A stretch of DNA of 64,000 nucleotides. Source: Eledone cirrhosa. Its lineage: Eukaryota. The notes under the pieces are model-generated. The model saw only the letters and a program-made list of their open reading frames with translations. It was not told where the DNA came from and did not search any database. Positions 55,601 to 63,938 of the stretch are shown here, one piece after another. The translations under genes were made by a program, and so were the position numbers. The stretch covers positions 40,486,001-40,550,000 of the forward strand of contig OZ024748.1 of assembly GCA_964016885.1 (NCBI GenBank). Reading direction: 5' to 3'. The first letter of the stretch is position 1; each line of letters opens with the position of its first letter.

Positions 55601-58600
55601 GATCTTGTATAGACCATACATATAGATCTTGTATAGACCACACATATAGATCTTGTATATAGACCATACATATAGATCTTGTATAGACCATACATATAGA
55701 TCTTGTGTATAGACCTTACATATACTTCTTGTATAGACCATACATATAGATCCTGTATAGACCATAGATATAGATCTTGTATAGACCACACATATAGATC
55801 TTGTATAGACCATACATATAGATCTTGTATATAGACCATACATATAGATCTTGTATAGACCATACATATAGATCTTGTATATAGACCATACATATAGATC
55901 TTGTATAGACCATACATATAGATCTTGTATAGACCATACATATAGATCTTGTGTATAGACCATACATATAGATCTTGTATAGACCATACATATAGATCTT
56001 GTATATAGACCATACATATAGATCTTGTATAGACCATACATATAGATCTTGTGTATAGACCATACATATAGATCTTGTATAGACCATACATATAGATCTT
56101 GTATACACCATACATATAGATCTTGTATAGACCATACATATAGATCTTGTATAGACCACACATATAGATCTTGTATATCGACCATACATATAGATCTTGT
56201 ATAGACCATACATATAGATCTTGTATAGACCACACATATAGATATTGTATAGACCATACATGTACATCTTGTATACAGACCATACATATAGATCTTGTAT
56301 AGACCACACATATAGATATTGTATAGACCATACATATAGATCTTGTATAAACCACACATATAGATATTGTATAGACCATACATATAGATCTTGTATAGAC
56401 CATACATATAGATCTTGTATAGACCATACATATAGATATTGTATATAGAACATACATATAGATCTTGTATAGACCATAGATATAGATCTTGTATATAGAC
56501 CATACATATAGATCTTGTATAGACCATACATATAGATATTGTGTATAGACCATACATATAGATCTTGTGTATAGACCATACATATAGATCTTGTGTATAG
56601 ACCATACATATAGATCTTGTATAGACCACACATATAGATCTTGTGTATAGACCATACATATAGATCTTGTGTATAGACCATACATATAGATCTTGTATAT
56701 AGACCACACATATAGATCTTGTGTATAGACCACACATATAGATCTTGTATAGACCACACATATAGATCTTGTGTATAGACCACACATATAGATCTTGTGT
56801 ATAGACCATACATATAGATCTTGTGTATAGACCATACATATATATCTTGTATATAGACCATACATATAGATCTTGTATATAGACCATACATATAGATCTT
56901 GTATATAGACCATACATATAGATCTTGTATATAGACCATACATATAGATCTTGTATATAGACCACACATAGAGATCTTGTGTATAGACCATACATATAGA
57001 TCTTGTATAGACCACACATATAGATCTTGTATAGACTATACATATAGATCTTGTATAGACCACACATATAGATCTTGTATAGACCACACATATAGATATT
57101 GTATAGACCACACATATAGATCTTGTATAGACCATACATATAGATCTTGTATAGACCACACATATAGATATTGTATATAGACCACACATATAGATCTTGT
57201 ATAGACCATACATATAGATCTTGTATAGACCACACATATAGATCTTGTATAGACCACACATATAAATATTGTATATAGACCATACATATAGATCTTGTAT
57301 AGACCACACATATAGATATTGTGTATAGACCATACATATAGATCTTGTATAGACCATACATATAGATCTTGTATAGACCACACATATAGATCTTTTATAG
57401 ACCATACATATAGATCTTGTATAGACCATACATATAGATCTTGTATATAGATCATACATATAGATCTTGTATATAGACCATACATATAGATCTTGTATAT
57501 AGACCACACATATAGATATTGTGTATAGACCATACATATAGATCTTGTATAGACCATACATATAGATATTGTGTATAGACCATACATATAGATCTTGTAT
57601 AGACCATACATATAGATCTTGTATAGACCATACATATAGATATTATGTATAGACCATACATATAGCAATTGTATATAGACCACACATATAGATCTTGTAT
57701 ATAGACCATACATATAGATCTTGTATATAGACCATACATATAGATCTTGTATAGACCATACATATAGATATTGTGTATAGACCATACATATAGATCTTGT
57801 ATAGACCATACATATAGATCTTGTATAGACCATACATATAGATATTGTGTATAGACCATACATATAGATCTTGTATAGACCATACATATAGATATTGTGT
57901 ATAGACCATACATATAGATCTTGTATAGACCATACATATAGATCTTGTATAGACCACACGTATAGATATTGTGTAGACCACACATATAGATATTGTGTAT
58001 AGACCATACATATAGATCTTGTATAGACCATACATATAGATCTTGTATAGACCACACATATAGATCTTGTATATAGACCACACATATAGATATTATGTAG
58101 ACCACACATATAGATCTTGTATATAGACCACACATATAGATCTTGTATATAGACCATACATATAGATCTTGTATAGACCATAAATATAGATCTTGTATAT
58201 AGACCATACATATAGATATTGTGTATAGATCATACATATAGATCTTGTATAGACCATACATATAGATCTTGTATATAGACCATACATATAGATATTGTGT
58301 ATAGATCATACATATAGATCTTGTATAGACCATACATATAGATCTTGTATATAGACCATACATATAGATATTGTGTATAGATCATACATATAGATCTTGT
58401 ATAGACCATACATATAGATCTTGTATATAGACCATACATATAGATATTGTGTATAGATCATACATATAGATCTTGTATAGACCACACATATAGATCTTGT
58501 ATAGCCCACACATATAGATATTGTGTAGACCATACATATAGATCTTGTGTATAGACCATACATATAGATCTTGTATATAGACCACACATATAGATCTTGT

Positions 58601-59200
58601 CTATAGACCATACATATAGATCTTGTATAGACCATACATATAGATCTTGTATAGACCATACATATAATCTCGTATAGACCATACATATAGATCTTGTACA
58701 GACCACACATATAGATATTGTATAGACCACACATATAGATCTTGTGTATAGACCATACATATAGATCTTGTGTATAGACCATACATATAGATCTTGTATA
58801 GACCATACATATAGATCTTGTATAGACCATACATATAGATATTGTATAGACCATACATATAGATCTTGTATAGACCACACATATAGATATTGTGTAGACC
58901 ACACATATAGATATTGTATAGACCACACATATAGATCTTGTATATAGACATCACATATAGATCTTGTATATAGAGCACACATATAGATCTTGTATAGACC
59001 ATACATATAGATCTTGTATAGACCATACATATAGATCTTGTATATAGACCACACATATAGATCTTGTATAGACCATACATATAGATCTTATATAGACCAT
59101 ACATATAGATCTTGTGTAGACCATACATATAGATCTTGTAAATAGACCATACATATAGATCTTGTGTATAGACCATACATATAGATCTTGTATAGACCAT
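46700..59200. repeat. About three copies of a 3.9-4.5-kb higher-order repeat
   Basis: TGTACATC occurs at 47641, 52099 and 56261 (offsets 4458 and 4162). AGCCCACA occurs at 50133, 54591 and 58503 (offsets 4458 and 3912). Confidence 0.9.
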
Positions 59201-59632
59201 ACATATAGATCTTGTATAGACCACACATATAGATCTTGTATATAGACCATACATATAGATCTTGTATAGACCACACATATAGATCTTGTATAGACCACAC
59301 ATATAGATATTGTATATAGACCACACATATAGATATTGTGTATAGACCACACATATAGATCTTGTATAGACCATACATATAGATCTTGTATAGACCATAC
59401 ATATAGATCTTGTATAGACCATACATATAGATCTTGTATAGACCATACATATAGATCTTGTGTATAGACCATACATATAGATCTTGTATAGACCATACAT
59501 ATAGATCTTGTATAGACCATACATATAGATCTTGTATATAGACCATACATATAGATCTTGTGTATAGACCATACATATAAATCTTAAACAAATCTTGTAC
59601 AGATCTAATGTAGACATTAACATTTATGATCT

Positions 59633-59730
59633 GTCATCTGTATGTCTGTGATGTAGTTGACATCTGTATGACTGTGATGTTGATGTAGCTGACATCTGTA
59701 TGACTGTGATGTTGATGTAGCTGACATCTG
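59633..59730. repeat. Short 32-bp tandem repeat (GACATCTGTATGACTGTGATGTTGATGTAGCT), ~3.2 copies, the first shortened to 26 bp
   Basis: GACATCTG occurs at 59659, 59691 and 59723, and GTCATCTG at 59633. Confidence 0.9.
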
Positions 59731-59867
59731 TTATTTAACTTTTTTATTTTGAAAGAAAATTTTACTGAGTTTTTCCTGGCCACTATTTCCGACAACATTG
59801 ATCCGTAAGTAATTTTTATTTCACATTTTTTACAACATTCTGGTGAAGGTGCAATAACTCAGGGCTG

Positions 59868-60052
59868 CACCTTCACTCAACCCCACCTCTCACTCAACTC
59901 CACCTCTCACTCAACTCCACCTCTCACTCAACTCCACCTCTCAATCAACTCCACCTCTCACTCAACTCCACCTCTCACTCAGCTCCACCTTTCACTCAGC
60001 TCCACCTCTCACTCAACTCCACCTCTCACTCAACTCCACCTCTCACTCAACT
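59868..60052. repeat. 17-bp minisatellite (CTCACTCAACTCCACCT), ~11 copies
   Basis: Directly visible tandem copies, C-rich on the + strand, with few substitutions. Confidence 0.97.
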
Positions 60053-60213
60053 AAAGCCTAACGTCTGAACAAACAAAACTACAGAGTTTTGGGAAGGTTA
60101 TGTGTTTCTGTATGTCGTTCAACATATAGACAGCACAACACCAACTTCAACAATAGACTTTTACTATAACGATAGGTTCTTAGAATATTTTTTGTAATAT
60201 TTTTTGTACTTAC

Positions 60214-60494
60214 ATCTTGGAAGAATCATTTCAGCCATATAAAAACATACAAAACCTATTAAATTCACTCTCCATTTATAACTTATCTTTTGGAGTCAAA
60301 ATTTTTTATCACACTTCATGCAACCTGGTCATTGGCACAGTTCTCTTTTCTGTTTAGTTGCCATTCAGCTTCAGAGAAATATTTTGTGAACAGCTCAACT
60401 GAATTTCTGGCAATACATACATCAGAATTTAATTTGTTGTTGGATCTATGGTTACCACAGTCAATTGTTCATCCATCTGCTATGGTTGTTGTTA
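60214..60494 (-). pseudogene. Possible decayed coding or exon-like fragment with weak resemblance to the N-terminal part of a piggyBac-type transposase core
   Basis: On the minus strand it is flanked by an acceptor (TTCTTTGTCTTTCTCAG) and a donor (GAT|GTAAGT). Hand translation gives SVELFTKYFSEAEWQL (~60402-60355) and, after a frameshift, KWRVNLIGFVCFYMAEMILPR (60277-60215). All three frames contain stops. The similarity was judged by eye only. Confidence 0.3.
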
Positions 60495-60727
60495 CTGAGA
60501 AAGACAAAGAATATCAAGAAAATATTCGGTTCCAGCCGAATTGTTTTTTGTCTGGAAAACCTCAGTTTGGAGCAGGAATCGTGTCACTCTCCTACTGTAA
60601 TGGTTTAGTAAGTATACGCTTTGTTTAGATATTTTTGTTTTGTAGACACGGCTTCACCGAATGGTGCAATCATTAGATCTAAGGTTCAATACCAGTATAT
60701 GTCAAGTAGAGTAAATGACATTTACGA

Positions 60728-61079
60728 CAGCTAGAGGCCGACCCAAACCAGCTAGGGGCTGATCCCAAGCCAGCTAGGGGCTGACCCAAACCAGCTAGGG
60801 GGTGACCCAAGTCAGCTAGGGGCTGACCCAAGCCAGCTAGGGGCTGACCCAAGCCTGTTATGGGCTGACCCAAACCAGCTATAGGCTGATCATAGCCAGC
60901 TAGGGGCTGACACAAGCCAGCTATGGGTTGATCCCAAGCCAGCTATGAGTTGACCCAAACAAGCTAGGGGCTGACCCAAGCCAGCTAGGGGCTGACCCAA
61001 GTCAGCTAGGGGCTGACCCAAACAAGCTAGGGGCTGACCCAAGCCAGCTAGGGGCTGACCCAAGTCAGCTAGGAGCCGA
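60728..61079. repeat. 21-bp GC-rich minisatellite (CAGCTAGGGGCTGACCCAAGC), ~16-17 copies
   Basis: Tandem copies with substitutions and occasional 1-bp indels. It produces the spurious QPLAGLG heptad ORFs on the minus strand. Confidence 0.97.
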
Positions 61080-61405
61080 AACCTTGTAAGTAAAACTGGG
61101 TAGACAGTAGCTGTTTGGAAGCCCAAAGAATGTCTGTAGCAGTAATTCAAACAGCCAGCCAACCTTGTCCCACACAGCATCACGCTGAAATTCCCTGAGA
61201 ACTACTTTAAGGATACACATGCCCGCGGAATACTCAGCCACGTACACATTAATTTCCCGAGCAAGCTGTTCCGTTGATCGAACACCTGGAACTCTGAATG
61301 TCGAAACTGACTGAGGGTCATGTCTATTCCCTTCCCCATCTCCACAACCCCCTACACCGCTTCAAAGCCACCACATCATCTCACCCCTTCACACACACAC
61401 CCAAC

Positions 61406-61536
61406 AATGTCTTACTAATGTGACTTTATGTGGTACAGGACGTTAAGAGTTAATGTCATGCAGTCATAGTAGTGTTTTGCACTGTTGAAGAATGTCTTGC
61501 AAATGGGACTTCATGTGAAACAGGACGTTAAGAGTT
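61406..61536. repeat. 46-bp imperfect direct repeat (61406-61451 and 61491-61536; 40/46 identical) ending CAGGACGTTAAGAGTT
   Basis: AATGTCTTACTAATGTGACTTTATGTGGTACAGGACGTTAAGAGTT versus AATGTCTTGCAAATGGGACTTCATGTGAAACAGGACGTTAAGAGTT. Confidence 0.9.
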
Positions 61537-61807
61537 CAGATGCTTTTGGTCCTTCCTTTACAGCATGGAATAATTGTCAACAATGGCAGTGACTATCAGA
61601 TAATAGCTCCTCGCTCAACTTGTAATGAAGACATCTATCTAATTGCCAGGCGGACATCCAGTGACCTGATGCAACAAGGTAACCCAATATTTCACATATA
61701 TACATATATATATATTTAAAAGTTAAACAAGGTTCAATGAATACATCAAAGAATGAGTTTTACAATAGATTGGAAGCACTCAACAGTTAGGTTTTCCAGA
61801 GTTATTA

Positions 61808-61987
61808 ATATTAATTCAAAATATTAACAAAATAGATATTCTTGTGATCAATTATATTTTATTATACAAATTTCAGAGGTACTGAGTATTTTATCTGATG
61901 AGGACGTACTGTTGAACTTAACTCAGTACCTCTGAAATATGTATTGATCACAAGAATATATATTTTGTTAATATTTTGAATTAATAT
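61808..61987. mobile_element. Fold-back (long inverted repeat) element with ~67-bp arms and a 33-nt loop; MITE-like or Penelope/retrozyme-like remnant
   Basis: 61808-61852 pairs with 61943-61987 (1 mismatch). 61864-61887 pairs with 61921-61944 (1 mismatch). The left arm has a ~13-bp AT-rich insertion. The inverted repeat is certain; the mobile-element interpretation is inference. Confidence 0.55.
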
Positions 61988-62090
61988 ATATATATATTAA
62001 TTCACAGATTGACTTTGTTAGTTTCAGAAGATCCCGTTAAGAGTGAAAGCAGCGATTCTTTGCTTAAACTTTAATCTGTTATTTTAATAA

Positions 62091-62123
<33 letters not shown>

Positions 62124-62472
62124 CATACATATATATGCATACATAATTACATACATACATATATATACATATATAGATATACATACATATATACACATAC
62201 ATACATATATACATATGTACATACATACATACATATATATACATATACATACATACATATATATATACATACATACATATATATACATACATATATACAT
62301 ATACATACATATATATATATGTACATACATACATACACATACATACATATATATACATATGTACATACATACGCATATACACATACATACACACACACAT
62401 GCATACATACACACACATACATACAGACATATATACATACACACATATATACATACATAATTACATACATAC
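62091..62472. repeat. Compound (TA)n/(CATA)n/(CA)n microsatellite, ~380 bp
   Basis: Directly visible. It includes the direct repeat ACATAATTACATACATAC at 62141 and 62455. Confidence 0.98.
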
Positions 62473-62689
62473 AAGCCTGATCCCTAAAAAGGACCAAAAT
62501 CTTTCCTCTATAAACTCTATCGTCACCAAATATTTAAGGTATTTACCCCACAACCTAACATTCACAAAGTATTGATCTACTAAAACTGTTCCTTCTTACA
62601 GGAGTCAAGAAAATATATACCCTCGGGTCCCAAATAATGCGCCCCATCCCTACCCCACTTATTAATCTTTCAGATTTTTTTCCATTACT

Positions 62690-63915
62690 CATTTACATTA
62701 CTCTATATACACTATTGTATTTTCACAGTAAAGGCTTTACCTCACATAATACCTCACATAACATTTACATTACTCTATATACACTATTGTATTTTCACAG
62801 TAAAGGCTTTACCTCACATAATATCTCACATAACATTTACATTACTCTATATATACTATTGTATTTTCACAGTAAAGACTTTACCTCACATAATATCTCA
62901 CATAACATTTACATTACTCTATATATACTATTGTATTTTCACAGTAAAGACTTTACCTCACATAATATCTCACATAACATTTACATTACTCTATATATAC
63001 TATTGTATTTACACAGTAAAGACTTTACCTCACATAATATCTCACATAACATTTACATTACTCTATATATACTATTGTATTTTCACAGTAAAGATTTACC
63101 TCACATAATATCTCACATAACATTTACATTACTCTATATATACTATTGTATTTTCACAGTAAAGACTTTACCTCACATAATATCTCACATAACATTTACA
63201 TTACTCTATATATACTATTGTATTTTCACAGTAAAGGCTTTACCTCACATAATATCTCACATAACATTTACATTACTCTATATATACTATTGTATTTTCA
63301 CAGTAAAGACTTTACCTCACATAATATCTCACATAACATTTACATTACTCTATATATACTATTGTATTTTCACAGTAAAGGCTTTACCTCACATAATATC
63401 TCACATAACATTTACATTACTCTATATATACTATTGTATTTTCACAGTAAAGACTTTACCTCACATAATATATCACATAACATTTACATTACTCTATATA
63501 TACTATTGTATTTTCACAGTAAAGGCTTTACCTCACATAATATCTCACATAACATTTACATTACTCTATATATACTATTGTATTTTCACAGTAAAGACTT
63601 TACCTCACATAATATCTCACATAACATTTACATTACTCTATATATACTATTGTATTTTCACAGTAAAGACTTTACCTCACATAATATCTCACATAACATT
63701 TACATTACTCTATATATACTATTGTATTTTCACAGTAAAGGCTTTACCTCACATAATATCTCACATAACATTTACATTACTCTATATACACTATTGTATT
63801 TTCACAGTAAAGGCTTTACCTCACATAATATCTCATATAACATTTACATTACTCTATATACACTATTGTATTTTCATAGTAAAGGCTTTACCTCACATAA
63901 TATCTCACATAACAT
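62690..63915. repeat. 72-bp AT-rich minisatellite, 17 copies (one is 71 bp)
   Basis: Unit is CATTTACATTACTCTATATAYACTATTGTATTTTCACAGTAAAGRCTTTACCTCACATAATATCTCACATAA. The ORF track shows a 24-aa period, and there is a 1-bp deletion near 63095. Confidence 0.99.
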
Positions 63916-63938
63916 CTCGTATACGAGAGACGTGTGTG

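Larger units (their letters stand above)
1..59585. repeat. Large tandem satellite array with a 24-bp monomer (AGACCATACATATAGATCTTGTAT) and frequent 26-bp variants; ~2,400 copies; continues beyond the left edge
   Basis: Uninterrupted single-orientation repeats from base 1 to ...CCATACATATAAATCTT at 59585. Common variants are CCATAC/CCACAC, GATCTT/GATATT and TTGTAT/TTGTATAT/TTGTGTAT. Copy number is estimated as length divided by ~25 bp. Confidence 0.99.

Noticed and set aside
1-59585. CRISPR array (24-26-bp repeats with a dyad)
   Set aside because: The repeats are directly adjacent, with no unique spacers, leader or cas genes.
1-59585. Telomerase-made long telomeric repeat, as in yeasts with 23-26-bp units
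   Set aside because: There is no strongly G-rich strand. The ~60-kb length and multi-kb duplications carrying inherited rare variants indicate recombinational amplification. A subtelomeric location is not excluded.
354-59623. More than 100 long minus-strand ORFs (up to 1637 aa) and a few short + strand IDHTYRSC ORFs
   Set aside because: They overlap in all three frames, switch peptide at every 26-bp unit and have no unique domains. They follow directly from the stop-free repeat unit.
59635-59730. Four CATCTG E-box motifs as an enhancer cluster
   Set aside because: The multiplicity is explained by the 32-bp tandem repeat, and there is no nearby gene or other regulatory evidence.
60290-60628. 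112-aa + strand ORF
   Set aside because: It starts at TTG, has no recognisable motif, and lies antisense to the better exon-like signal.
60679-61247. Minus-strand ORFs with QPLAGLG heptads, and a 60-aa ORF
   Set aside because: The heptad ORFs are translations of the 21-bp minisatellite, broken by 1-bp indels. The 60-aa ORF is short with no recognisable similarity.
61295-61325. CTGAATGTCGAAACTGACTGAG as a second hammerhead-like motif
   Set aside because: It lacks CUGANGA and there is no room for stem II before GAAAC.
62071-62497. Y/M/C/V/I-rich and H/T/Y/I-rich ORFs
   Set aside because: They are translations of the microsatellite.
62575-62630. Branch-point/acceptor-like TACTAAAACTGTTCCTTCTTACAG on the + strand
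   Set aside because: No convincing downstream donor or coding exon; such motifs are frequent by chance.
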